Assembly (NCBI GenBank): GCA_963796275.1
Contig: CAWCKY010000003.1
Span: 128,001-192,000, forward strand
DNA length: 64,000 nt
DNA from: an uncultured Acidobacteriota bacterium
GTDB lineage: Bacteria; Acidobacteriota; Blastocatellia; RBC074
Direction of reading: 5' to 3'
Part shown: one piece after another, positions 1 through 10,333 of the stretch
Numbering within the stretch: the stretch's first letter is position 1
How the letters are laid out: each line of letters opens with the position of its first letter
Made by a program: the position numbers and the translations under genes
Notes under the pieces: model-generated
The model's input: the letters and a program-made list of their open reading frames with translations, nothing else
Database searches by the model: none
What the model was told of the DNA's origin: nothing

Positions 1-3000
1 GCGAGCGGATTGATGCGATCCATACCGAAGACGCGCATCAATCCCCACATGCCATCCCATAGATTGTCCGTCGCCGACGAAGAGTAGAGGTGATCAGTAT
101 CCTCACCGTCTCTGCTTAACTGCATGTCGAATTCGAAATGTTCCGAGATCCCGATCTGCTGCCCGTTCCGAAATCCACTCCGCGGCGATGCGGGTTCGCT
201 GAGCCATTTCATGCCATGCAGCGTGAAGACATGCTGCTCCTCCTGCGCCCCTTGAATCAGTTGAAGCTGGATCCTGTCGCCTTCGAATGCCGTCAGCAGC
301 GGCGTGGCAGGATCGCCGGGCTGCCGCGCTCCGGCCGGTTCGACGCAACTTGTCAGGGGATCACCGCAGTCGGGAAATTTGAGCTTGTTATCTGGGAGAC
401 TGCCTGCGTGAACCGTCGAACTGAAGACGTTGGCCAGATCGCCCTTCTCGCCGTCCTTCTGCCGCCAATTTCCGCCCGACCCCTTCTCGGCGATGCGCAG
501 TGGGATTGGCTCATTGCGATAGTTGATCAACTGCGTTCCCGGATCTTCGTTCGATATCTCTTCAGGGGATGGCTGCGGCTTGAAGCCGATAGCCTTGGGC
601 AACTCCTCCTTCACGCGAATGGGTGGATTGACCGGTTTGTTATCCGCATCGTAGACGATGGCGAAATCCGCGAAGGCCAGGTTGAATTCCCGCCGGTTGT
701 CGTCTGGATCCGGCATTATGATATTGGCCGCCGCGGAGGTCGGCCCGCCATCGTCACGCACGACGAACTCCTGACCGTCGATCCGCTGCCACTTGGCATC
801 CTTCGGCTCGACTACGAGCGCCGCATAGAGCCCATGATGCTGATGCGAGCTGGGGCCGAAATGATCGTGCGTGAAGACAGTACGAATCGTCCGGTCTACT
901 TTCTTGTTATTCAGTAGCGGATCAGCCCACCAGCGTTGGACCGTGGTTTGAGCGCCACACCATGGCTTATCATCCGCCCCGCCCGGTAGATCGGCGCACA
1001 GTCCACGGTTATCGCCCGCCAGCGCGCCGCCGGGGAGAAAGATCGGATGCGTCCGTGGCCTGAGCCTAGTCGCCGGATTTGTATTGTTGAATGCCTCGAT
1101 CCGTTCGCGTACCTCATCGGCGGCCATCGTGCCGTCCTCATAGTTCCAGCCATTGGCTGATCCGTCAGAGGAAGTGAGATCGAACTTCACCAGGTGGATA
1201 TGCTGGCCGATGACATCGGTCGGAGTGAATATCTGGAAATCATCCAGGTTGAGTACGTTGGGGACGAGATTGGTCGCCCGGAAATCGATACAGTCCCCCG
1301 AATTGGCGCGAAAGAAGAGAGGTTCGGCAGGACGAGCCCCGCTAAGCGTGTCGCGCAGATCGCGCTCCAGCAGGGAGATGCGCGCTTGCGGGTCGTGCCA
1401 CCCCGATTTGTTTACAGTCAAATCGAACTGTAGATAGGCCGCCCGATACTTGCGATCTCTCGAACCGGGCTGGCATGGCTCACCGTAAGGAGCACCAGGC
1501 TGCGGTGGGAGACCGTTGACCCGGAACAACCCGGGCCTGCCGGCTGAATCGAAGGCTCTGTAGCCGCGGGCCGGAAATCCGAATCTGGTGGGCGCCGGCA
1601 CAGTCGACCCGGTGCTCGCCGCATCGGGCAAACAATTGGGTTGGTTGCCGCAATGAAACCTCATAGCGGTCTTCTCTTCCGGCGTTCCCCCTTCAGGCAA
1701 TAAATTGAGGTCCGCCTTCACTAGCTTCCGCGCAAAATCGAGCAGCTCGTCGTCTCCGTTCTGCGACCTCACATTGGCGGCGTTGGTGGCGCTGACGCAT
1801 AGTCCCTTTTCGTAAAGGTCTTTGTCACAGTCCCCTCCCGACCTGGGCTGCAGTAATTCATCGTCGATCGCATCTTCGCCATCAATAACCTCGGCGTTTT
1901 TTACAGTGTGACGCGGCAATCCGCCGTTCAGCTCGGCGCCGTTCTCTACCGCGATATCGAGCGGCGGCTGTGGTGGGCGATGGCCGGCTTCGGCTGGAAT
2001 GTAGAAGGGGAAGCCGCGAAATTCTAGTTTCGGCATAGGCGGCATCGGTCTGCCTGGTATCGGGACCACCGCGGGGTTCGATGTGCCGCCGGGTATCTCG
2101 CCGTCCGGCAGGTTCCGCCCCTTCGGGTTTTCCGGGGAAAACAGGCCCGGCGTGCCGTCCTCGAATACGTCGTGGTTGCGCCACAACTCCCACATCCCCT
2201 GCGCGAAATGGGGATAGAGATGACAATGGAAGATCGCATCGCCGGGCGAGAGATTGCGATTCCCCGACCCGCCGTAATGGATGTCGTAGATGAACGAAGC
2301 GCCCGGTGAAATTGTTTGCGAATCGAGGTAGATCGAATTGTCGTCCTTCGTATCCAATACCCATTGATGTCCGTGCAGATGGAAGACGTGCGTCTCCTTC
2401 GGGCCGGCGTGCAGATTGATGAAGCGTGTTGGATCGCCGATATAGGAGTGATGCACATTTGACGGATCGTCCGGATATTTGTTCGAGACCGCTTTGCCCT
2501 GATCATTCTTGTTTACGATCAGTGCCGGATCGCCATTGGCCCAGGAAGTGAGGAAGAACTCTTCAAATTTACATTCTTTGCATTTGGCCGTAGGCCCGAC
2601 CTTAGCCCGATTGGCCAGCAGGATTGCGCCCATACCCGAACTGCCGTAATTAATTCCCATCGCATCTTTGACGGCGCTCTCCTCAAGCTCGCCGAAGGCC
2701 TGAACCGCCCTGATCTCATCATGGAAGATGACCGTGAATTCACGATATGGTTCGCCGGCATGTCGTACCCGGCCCGACTGGCCCGCAATTCGCCTGTTTG
2801 GGGTCGGGAACGACGATGGCGTTCAGGTCGCTGTGCACCAGCTGGTTTCCCTTGAGCAGATTAAGGATCGGCTTGCCGTCCGAATCAACAGCCTCATAAT
2901 TGATGATCGGTGTGCCATCGGGATTGGTCCTAATCGTCACGCGTTTCAGCTGCTCATTGGTGATCTGCGAGCGATACCATTTCGAACCGCGCGGTTGGAC

Positions 3001-3714
3001 ATTCACAGATCCGAACAACCCCAGTCCGACTTGCCCGCCATCTCCCTCGCCGCCCGAAACCGCTCCCATGGAATGGAATAGATATCCTCCCGTCTTTCGC
3101 GCATACCAGGTATAGGTGATGGTCTCGCCCGGCTCAGCCAGCGACGATGGATTGAGACCGACATTGGAACCGTCGGATTGAATATTATCGGCATACTCCA
3201 TCCCATTCACATGGAGTGAAGCGGCGCGTGTGGCGGGATGCTCTTTTCCTATGACCAACTCTGACCCATCGATCGGATCTTGAACGACGACGGTCTCGTT
3301 TGGAGGAAGTGGCGACAACAGGTTTGTAAACTTGACGCGGAGGCAATCGCCCTCATTGACGCGTAGCACCAGTGGCCGGGGACGTTTATCCTGACGAAGC
3401 ATCACTCTCCCCGGTACACCGCCCTCGCCGATCGGCTTGCCGGACAGATCCACCACATCCTGACGCAGAGCAAAAACCAATCCCTCAGGATTGAATGCGC
3501 CAAATCTGTTATATACGTAGACCTGTTCGAGCGCGACGACTTCTGCCGAAATCGTGTTTTCACAGCGCGATCGGGAGGTCACTTGCGCGACGCCCACAGA
3601 ACAAAAAATCACCAAAAAAAACATCAATCCCGTTAACGTGCAGATCGTATGGCCGATCGTATGACAGATTGTTTGGAGAACAGCGACGCTTCGATTTTGG
3701 CTTTTACAAATCAT
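1..3714 (-). CDS. Large secreted multicopper oxidase, MnxG-like (manganese-oxidase family); 3' end outside window; one apparent +1 indel at ~2757
   Basis: ORF 2740..3714 has a signal-like N-terminus and a cupredoxin domain (RPRPLVLRVNEGD, SLHVNG). Skipping one base at 2757 (TGC-C-GGC-GAA) continues as GEPYREFTVIFHDE in a frame that stays consistent to position 1. That frame has the copper motifs HVFHLHGHQW (~2361-2390), IFHCHLYPHFAQGM (~2193-2234), GQHIHLVKFD, FTHDHFGPSSHQHHG and HVFTLHGMKW. Confidence 0.85.
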
Positions 3715-3994
3715 ATTTGTTCCCTGTAAGGAATTTAAGGGTCTAGCATTTGAATCTCATGAGGGAGTGGCCAGGAGTTCCGCAAAATTTCGTTTCGCTG
3801 GAAACTAATTGGCATTCATTTGATTAATTGACCAATTATTCAATGACAATTGTCGATCCGCGCACGGCTTCCGGATCGTGAAACTAATATCTAATTTCTT
3901 TAGTGAATAGAGGCACGCTGGATCGCTTATTGCAATCCTTTGAGAGCAGTCCAAGGGGGGACGTGCTACTAGGATGGTGCGATGGTATCATGTG

Positions 3995-4014
3995 TTATTC
4001 ACATTTGTGAATAG
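3995..4014. promoter_or_regulatory. Palindromic operator-like site TATTCACA-TT-TGTGAATA (also reads as two inverted DnaA-box-like 9-mers)
   Basis: Perfect 8-bp inverted repeat at 3996-4013, between the divergent oxidase and XRE genes. TTATTCACA (3995-4003) fits the DnaA box consensus TTWTNCACA. Confidence 0.5.
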
Positions 4015-4073
4015 TATTAATGAGTATTAATCGTTAGATTGGGGCTTCCAAAAGACCTGGGGCACGAAGGGGT

Positions 4074-4361
4074 ATGCGCATGGGTGTAAGGGCGCGCCGG
4101 ACACAAAAGAAGTTAGCCGGTAAACTCAGGCAAATTCGCCTCCATCTCGGCTTATCTCAGGGTGAATTAATTAAAGAGCTCGAGCTTATGGAATTGCATA
4201 ACAGCAACATTTCGATGTACGAGGCAGGGAAACGTGAACCACCATTGTATGTCCTTATAGCGTATGCGAAGGCTGCAAACGTTTGCCTGGATGTACTCGT
4301 TAATGACAAACATGATCTGCCCAGCAAGATACCATGCAAACGGACTTACTTCCCTCACTAA
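4074..4361 (+). CDS. XRE/Cro-C1 family helix-turn-helix transcriptional regulator
   Basis: LRQIRLHLGLSQGELIKEL...ISMYEAGKREPPL is a typical HTH_3 pattern; the start may be the ATG at 4080. Confidence 0.85.
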   Translation: MRMGVRARRTQKKLAGKLRQIRLHLGLSQGELIKELELMELHNSNISMYEAGKREPPLYVLIAYAKAANVCLDVLVNDKHDLPSKIPCKRTYFPH

Positions 4362-4625
4362 TCGTTCGACGGATGAGGGGTGTGAATATCGCTTGATTGC
4401 ATAAACTTCTGATTTGCATCTAAGGATATTACATCGATGAGCTATTGCAGCAGCCTGCCGATAGATGAGAAGATTTGAGGATAGGATAGCAGATGAAGTG
4501 CGTTGGCATTAAACTCGAAATTTTCAGCGATCTTCAAACTTGCATCATCATCTTAAAATCGCAGTGAGCAGTGATAAGCGGTAGATAGATGGCGTTTGAA
4601 ATCCTTGCGGCTTAATTCCAGTTCA

Positions 4626-4653
4626 TTGACAGAACTCTAGAAACGGCTACCAT
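4626..4653 (+). promoter_or_regulatory. sigma70-type promoter for the GT2 gene
   Basis: TTGACA-N16-TACCAT, 85 bp upstream of the ATG at 4739. Confidence 0.5.
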
Positions 4654-4738
4654 GCTAATTTAATTAATTGTCCACTAATGTCTTATTGGTTATTGAATAT
4701 ATTTATATAGGACTTATCGAATTTACCTGAATTTACCT

Positions 4739-6346
4739 ATGGATATCACCCTGATTTTGCAACAGCTGCCGAATCCAGATCATATGAAGACAGCGATCGA
4801 GCCGATATTGTGGTACAGCCGCAACAATCTCAGTTATCTATACGCGCTCGACGCATTCGATTGGGCGATCATCATTCTATACTTTACCATTTTAACACTG
4901 CTCGCAATCCTGGGAATATATAGGTTGCGAATGGTCTATCAGTTCTGGCGTTACCGCAAAATAAAGCCTCAACCCAAAAGATGCTTCGCGGAGGAGGAGC
5001 TGCCTCCGATCACGATACAACTCCCCCTTTACAATGAACTTTACGTAGTCGAAAGACTACTCGAATCGGTGAGCCAGCTCGATTACCCGCGCCATCTAGT
5101 TGAAATTCAAGTGCTGGATGATTCGACTGACGAGACTGTCAAGATCGCTTCGGCCGCCGTCGAGATGTATAGAAAGCAGGGATTTGATATTCATTACATT
5201 CACCGGCAAGAGAGGATCGGATACAAAGCCGGTGCGCTTGAAAACGGGCTACACAGGGCGAAGGGCCAATTGATCGCGATCTTCGACGCAGATTTCACCC
5301 CGAGACCCGCGTGCTTGCGCAAGATGGTTGACTATTTCACCGAATCGCAGATAGGCATGGTGCAAATGCGTTGGGGACACATCAACGCGAACTATTCGCT
5401 ACTAACCCGCATCCAGGAAATTCTGCTCGACGGGCATTTCGTTATCGAACAAGCTTCGCGTAACCGCACCGGCGCATTCTTCAATTTCAACGGGACTGCC
5501 GGAATGTGGAGGCGCGAAGCGATTGAGTGGAGCGGCGGTTGGCAGCACGATACTCTCACTGAAGATACCGACCTGAGCTTCCGGGCTCAGTTGATGGGAT
5601 GGAAGTTCGTTTACCTTCTCGATGAGGACGTCCCCGCCGAATTACCGGTTGAGATGAATGCGTTCAAGGCTCAACAACGGCGATGGGCCAAGGGATTGGT
5701 CCAGGTCGGTCTGAAATTGATGCCACGTATCTGGAAGCATCCCAAGCTAACTCTAGCGCAGAAATGTGAATTGTTTTTCCGCCTCTTCGGCAATTGCGCG
5801 GCCATCCTGATGATTATTCTTAGCCTGCTCCACATTCCGGTCCTCATCGTTCGTTTCAACCAGGGGCTGTTCCATATGCTCCTACTCGATCTGCCGCTTA
5901 TGTTGTTCGCAACGCTCTCGGTTGTGGGTTTCTATGGAACGACCATCTACTATCGCTACCCACACGAGAAACGCCGGATGTGGCTCATTCCGCTCGCGAT
6001 GGCTGTAGGAATCGGTCTGGTACTTTCCAATACGCGCGCCGTACTCGAAGCTCTCTTAGGGATAAAATCCAGTTTCATCCGCACGCCGAAATATAAGGTT
6101 GAGAGCAACATGGACAACTGGCTCCAGGCTGCGATCAGGTATCGCCGCAAGAAAGGCTGGCTGCCACTGATAGAGTTCTCCTTCGCCCTCTATTTCGTCT
6201 TCGCGGTCTATTACGCGATTCGCAGCCATATCTATGCGACAATTCCATTCCTGCTGATCTTCCTCGTGGGTTATGGATACATGGCTATGATGTCTTTATT
6301 TCAAGGTGGCGCCCGAAGACTGATGAACGCGTTTAGGCGAGGATAG
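4739..6346 (+). CDS. Processive glycosyltransferase family 2 (cellulose synthase-like / CESA-like) membrane protein
   Basis: DDS, KAG, FDADF, TED and QQRRW motifs, plus N- and C-terminal TM helices. Confidence 0.9.
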   Translation: MDITLILQQLPNPDHMKTAIEPILWYSRNNLSYLYALDAFDWAIIILYFTILTLLAILGIYRLRMVYQFWRYRKIKPQPKRCFAEEELPPITIQLPLYNELYVVERLLESVSQLDYPRHLVEIQVLDDSTDETVKIASAAVEMYRKQGFDIHYIHRQERIGYKAGALENGLHRAKGQLIAIFDADFTPRPACLRKMVDYFTESQIGMVQMRWGHINANYSLLTRIQEILLDGHFVIEQASRNRTGAFFNFNGTAGMWRREAIEWSGGWQHDTLTEDTDLSFRAQLMGWKFVYLLDEDVPAELPVEMNAFKAQQRRWAKGLVQVGLKLMPRIWKHPKLTLAQKCELFFRLFGNCAAILMIILSLLHIPVLIVRFNQGLFHMLLLDLPLMLFATLSVVGFYGTTIYYRYPHEKRRMWLIPLAMAVGIGLVLSNTRAVLEALLGIKSSFIRTPKYKVESNMDNWLQAAIRYRRKKGWLPLIEFSFALYFVFAVYYAIRSHIYATIPFLLIFLVGYGYMAMMSLFQGGARRLMNAFRRG

Positions 6347-6499
6347 GGCAAGCAAAGCAATTATGGGTGTTTTTCAACTGCGTGCTATACTCATAACCGT
6401 AGATGGACCGCATTTACAGGATTGAATCCGCCCGGCCGGCGAGATCCAGAAAATCCTGAGAAAGCCCCATTATTCGTCTCTTTTTTGAGGAACCATACG

Positions 6500-7066
6500 A
6501 TGTTCTGCCCGAAATGTGGATCGAATCAGGGTGAAGGGAGAAAGTTCTGTACCTCCTGCGGAACTAACCTGCTGATCGTTTCGCAAGCACTTACCGGCAA
6601 AATTCCTCAATCAAATCCCCTGCCTCCGACACCGCACACTTTCGAACGCGACCGGCAACGTGAGTTTACTAAAGGCCTATATTTCGCAATCATCGGCGGC
6701 GGAATATTGGCCGGAAAATTTATAAGCTTCATCTTCAGCGGGTTTCGCGGATCACCGTTCGGGTTCTGGGGCTTAATCACTTTCGTTATACTTGCGATAG
6801 GTATATCCCGGATTATCAGCTACCGACCGCATGGCAACATTACGGCAGAGGTGCTGCCCCGTCCGCCTCACGCCAATTCTGAATCACAACAATTAAACGT
6901 TCAGACGACCCCGCCACACCCCGTCTTTTCTGCATCATTCGCCGATGACTATGTCGCACCCCGTACCAGTGAGCTTGAACCAGTCGAACACCCGAAGCCT
7001 AGTATCACGGAGGCCGAGACTCAAAATCTCCCGCACCATTCTCCGCCCCCAGAATTTCAAAGGTAA
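6500..7066 (+). CDS. Zinc-ribbon domain membrane protein (2 TM)
   Basis: ATG 6500 follows a GAGG RBS; MFCPKCG...FCTSCG; two hydrophobic helices; Pro-rich tail containing [11 protein letters not shown]. Confidence 0.8.
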   Translation: MFCPKCGSNQGEGRKFCTSCGTNLLIVSQALTGKIPQSNPLPPTPHTFERDRQREFTKGLYFAIIGGGILAGKFISFIFSGFRGSPFGFWGLITFVILAIGISRIISYRPHGNITAEVLPRPPHANSESQQLNVQTTPPHPVFSASFADDYVAPRTSELEPVEHPKPSITEAETQNLPHHSPPPEFQR

Positions 7067-7089
7067 TTGTCGAAGAGGAGATGTGAGCT

Positions 7090-7701
7090 ATGTATTGTCC
7101 TTCGTGTGGCGTAGAAACGAGCGATCAGACAAAATATTGTACGAAGTGCGGAATCAACTTGAGGAATGTCAAGGAAGCGATGATCGGTGACCAGCAGAAC
7201 AAACATCAGCTCAGAGACACCGAATCGCATGCATCTCCTTCGGATCCATGGCAGTCGTGGTGGGAAATGGTCGCAAAGGAAAAGAAAAAATCGCCTGAAG
7301 AGAAGCGTATCAATGAAATAAAAGAAGGTGTGATTACGAGCTGCGTCGGATTCAGCTTAACAATCTTCCTCTTCTTTCTAATGTCCGCTGTCTCAATCAA
7401 CCTCGACCCCAAGGTAAGCGCCATCTTGCACGCCGTCCCATATGCTGGAATCATCCCTTTTCTTATCGGACTCGGAATTATTTTCAACGGTCTATTCCTG
7501 AGCAAACGGCTCGTCGATCTGAACCGGGAACGGGAGCAGGCCAACAAACAAAATCTGTTTTCTACAGTCACTGAAACTGCGCCCGTCCATCGCTTGCCCG
7601 AGAGTTATCAATCCCCGGTCGCAGACTTCAGTGTGACGGAATCAACAACTACAAAGCTGCGTGAACCCGCCCCGGTTTCAGCCAGAAGCGATACAGACTG
7701 A
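7090..7701 (+). CDS. Zinc-ribbon domain membrane protein (2 TM), similar architecture to the upstream gene
   Basis: MYCPSCG...YCTKCG, two TM helices, tail FSVTESTTTKL; GAGGAG RBS. Confidence 0.8.
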   Translation: MYCPSCGVETSDQTKYCTKCGINLRNVKEAMIGDQQNKHQLRDTESHASPSDPWQSWWEMVAKEKKKSPEEKRINEIKEGVITSCVGFSLTIFLFFLMSAVSINLDPKVSAILHAVPYAGIIPFLIGLGIIFNGLFLSKRLVDLNREREQANKQNLFSTVTETAPVHRLPESYQSPVADFSVTESTTTKLREPAPVSARSDTD

Positions 7702-7712
7702 GGGGACCTTCA

Positions 7713-8195
7713 ATGTACTGTACTCAATGCGGCACCGCTAACTCCGATGGACTTAAGTTTTGCACAAATTGCGGCACGCCGATGAATAAACGCGGGGATA
7801 CACCCCAAAGCCGGCCTTCGTCCGGTTCACCTTTGTCCGGCTCAGTGCAGACGCCCACTCCTGCATATACTGGCGGATCGTCCTATGCCGGATATCCCTT
7901 AAGCCCGGCCTTTCCAATACAATCCAAAGAGTCCGGCGCCAGTGCCAGTGGGCGCGCGATTATCTCGATGGTATTGAGTATTATTTCGCCGTTCACGTGT
8001 TGGTTGTTCCTGAGCATTCCGGGTTTAATCCTAGGTAAAATGGAGATGAATGCGATACGCGACGGATTGGCGCCAAAGGCCGGCGAAACATTTGCCAAGA
8101 TCGGCTTTTATGTCGGCCTCGCCGTTACCGTACTCTCACTGATCATACCTGCGATCTGGTTATTTCTGTTGGCAATCGGATCTTTCGTCATATAA
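7713..8195 (+). CDS. Zinc-ribbon + DUF4190-like membrane protein
   Basis: MYCTQCG...FCTNCG, followed by AIISMVLSI...GLILG...GETFAKIG, which is a DUF4190-type two-helix pattern. Confidence 0.8.
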   Translation: MYCTQCGTANSDGLKFCTNCGTPMNKRGDTPQSRPSSGSPLSGSVQTPTPAYTGGSSYAGYPLSPAFPIQSKESGASASGRAIISMVLSIISPFTCWLFLSIPGLILGKMEMNAIRDGLAPKAGETFAKIGFYVGLAVTVLSLIIPAIWLFLLAIGSFVI

Positions 8196-8199
8196 CTTC

Positions 8200-8639
8200 A
8201 TGCCCGGGTTTCAACGAAAATATGCGCGGCAGGGGCAACTTGGATATTTGATATTTGTTCTCATCTCCATCTCGTCGTTAGTGACAGCTCGTCTCCTGAA
8301 ACCTTCATCACGGGGGGTAGGGACGCACGAACAACTGGGCCTGCCCCATGCCCTTTCCTTTACCTTACCGGTATTCCATGTCCAAGTTGCGGCCTGACCA
8401 CAAGCTTTGCGTATGCGGCCAGACTCGAGTTTGTCTCATCATTTATCACGCAGCCGTTCGGATTCATCGTATTCCTACTGACAATTTGTGCCATACCGTT
8501 CGCCATATATCTCAGCCGCCGTCGAATCTCCCTGTCTGAACTTATGCAAACCCGCATCGTCGAAAGATTGATCTATGTCACGGTCGCGTTCTACATCCTG
8601 AGCTGGTTCTATAAAATCATCGTCTGGAGATATCTGTAA
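8200..8639 (+). CDS. DUF2752-family membrane protein, split by an apparent 1-base deletion in CCCC 8344-8347
   Basis: Adding one C gives [31 protein letters not shown]. The frame ends at TAA 8637-8639, overlapping the next ATG (TAATG). Confidence 0.8.
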
Positions 8640-10327
8640 TGAAGCCCGCATTCGCCTTGCTCTGCCTGCTTTACTTCAATACATCAATCGCTACTAACAT
8701 GAAAGACACAGATCAACTCAAATCACGCCCCGAATCGACAAATTACCAAGAGACGAGCCGGTACGAGGATGTCATGCGTTTCGTCTATGAACTTCAAAAA
8801 CGCTCGGACAAACTGCGGGTCGAGTATTTCGGCAAAACTGAGGAGGGGCGCGATCTTCCGCTTTTGATCTTGGCTGACCCCCCCATCGCGCAGCCCCGCG
8901 AGGCGCTCGCCTCCGGCAAACCAATTATTTTCATCATGGCCAATATTCATGCGGGTGAAGTCGAAGGCAAAGAGGCTATGTTGAACATCTCTCGTCGCAT
9001 CGCAACAGGGGATATGCGGACACTACTCAACCAAATCGTGGTACTGATCGCCCCAATTTACAATGCAGACGGCAATGAAAAGATCAGCATGAATAATCGT
9101 ACTGCGCAGAACGGACCGATCAGCGGAGTCGGCACACGTGAGAACGCGAGAGGGCTGGACCTGAATCGCGACTACATGAAACTGGAATCTGCCGAAGCCA
9201 ACGCTTTGGTTCGCCTCTACAATCGATGGGATCCGCATTTGACTGTTGACCTTCATACGAGCAACGGCTCGTATCACGGATACCATCTGACTTTTTCACC
9301 GACGCTCAATCCGAATGCCGATCCCCGTCTCATCACATTCGAACGCAATAAAATGCTCCCTGCAATCGCGAAATCTATGCTCAAGGCTCATAAGTTCCGC
9401 TCTTATTATTACGGCAACTTCGCGACCAGGGAGCAAATGAACCGCGAGATCGATACATTTGAGATGGAGCGGTCGGGCAACCAGGCGCGACCCGCCGAAA
9501 ATCAGACGAAGGTATGGCGCACATTCGACCATCGCCCGCGGTTCGGTAACAACTATTACGGCCTCCGGAATCGCCTCACTATCCTCTCCGAGGCCTACAG
9601 CTATCTCGATTTTAAAGGCCGCGTCGATGTGACCGCGGCGTTCGTCGAAGAGATCCTTAAATACTGCTCCGCCCACTCCCAGGAGATCGTCTCGCTCATC
9701 AAACGAATCGACGATGATGCGCTTCGCGGAAACGTCACTCAAAACGGCCTCGAATTCGAGCTCGCGGCGCTCGATAAACCCAGCGAGATATTGGTCGGGG
9801 AGGTAGAAAAGAAAAAGAACCCGCTCTCAGGCAAATTGATGACTGCAATGATCACCGATAGTTTCACGCCGACTCCAATGCTCGACTATGGTCTCTTCGC
9901 TGCCACCCGCAGCGTCACGATCCCTCGCGCCTATATTTTCCGCAATGAAGACGGTACGATGAACGTTATGGCTAAGCTCATCGCGCATGGAATTGCAGTA
10001 GAAGAGCTGACTGAGAGTTTCTCCACCCAGGTAGAAAGCCTACTAATCACGGAAGCGAAAAAATCTGCCCGCGCTTTTCAAGGCCATTCGGAGATCAAAC
10101 TCAAAGTCCGCCCGCAGCTCGAGACGGTCACATTTCCTGCTGGCTCTATCGTTGTAAGAACATCTCAACCTTTCGCGAGGCTGATCTTCTACCTCCTTGA
10201 AGCGGAAAGCGATGACGGATTCGTTAATTGGAATTTTCTCGACGCTTATCTGGAAAAAGGAAAAACCTACCCGATCTACAGGTCACTCAAGGAATTGAAT
10301 GCGATGAGCAGGTTAAAGGTTTTATAA
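8639..10327 (+). CDS. M14 family zinc metallocarboxypeptidase, secreted
   Basis: Signal peptide; IHAGE, YNADG, DLNRD and VDLH motifs. Confidence 0.88.
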   Translation: MKPAFALLCLLYFNTSIATNMKDTDQLKSRPESTNYQETSRYEDVMRFVYELQKRSDKLRVEYFGKTEEGRDLPLLILADPPIAQPREALASGKPIIFIMANIHAGEVEGKEAMLNISRRIATGDMRTLLNQIVVLIAPIYNADGNEKISMNNRTAQNGPISGVGTRENARGLDLNRDYMKLESAEANALVRLYNRWDPHLTVDLHTSNGSYHGYHLTFSPTLNPNADPRLITFERNKMLPAIAKSMLKAHKFRSYYYGNFATREQMNREIDTFEMERSGNQARPAENQTKVWRTFDHRPRFGNNYYGLRNRLTILSEAYSYLDFKGRVDVTAAFVEEILKYCSAHSQEIVSLIKRIDDDALRGNVTQNGLEFELAALDKPSEILVGEVEKKKNPLSGKLMTAMITDSFTPTPMLDYGLFAATRSVTIPRAYIFRNEDGTMNVMAKLIAHGIAVEELTESFSTQVESLLITEAKKSARAFQGHSEIKLKVRPQLETVTFPAGSIVVRTSQPFARLIFYLLEAESDDGFVNWNFLDAYLEKGKTYPIYRSLKELNAMSRLKVL

Positions 10328-10333
10328 TAAAGT

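Noticed and set aside
138-917. 259-aa plus-strand ORF (and the other short ORFs in 100-2800)
   Set aside because: Antisense or off-frame shadows of the multicopper oxidase reading frame; no recognisable motifs.
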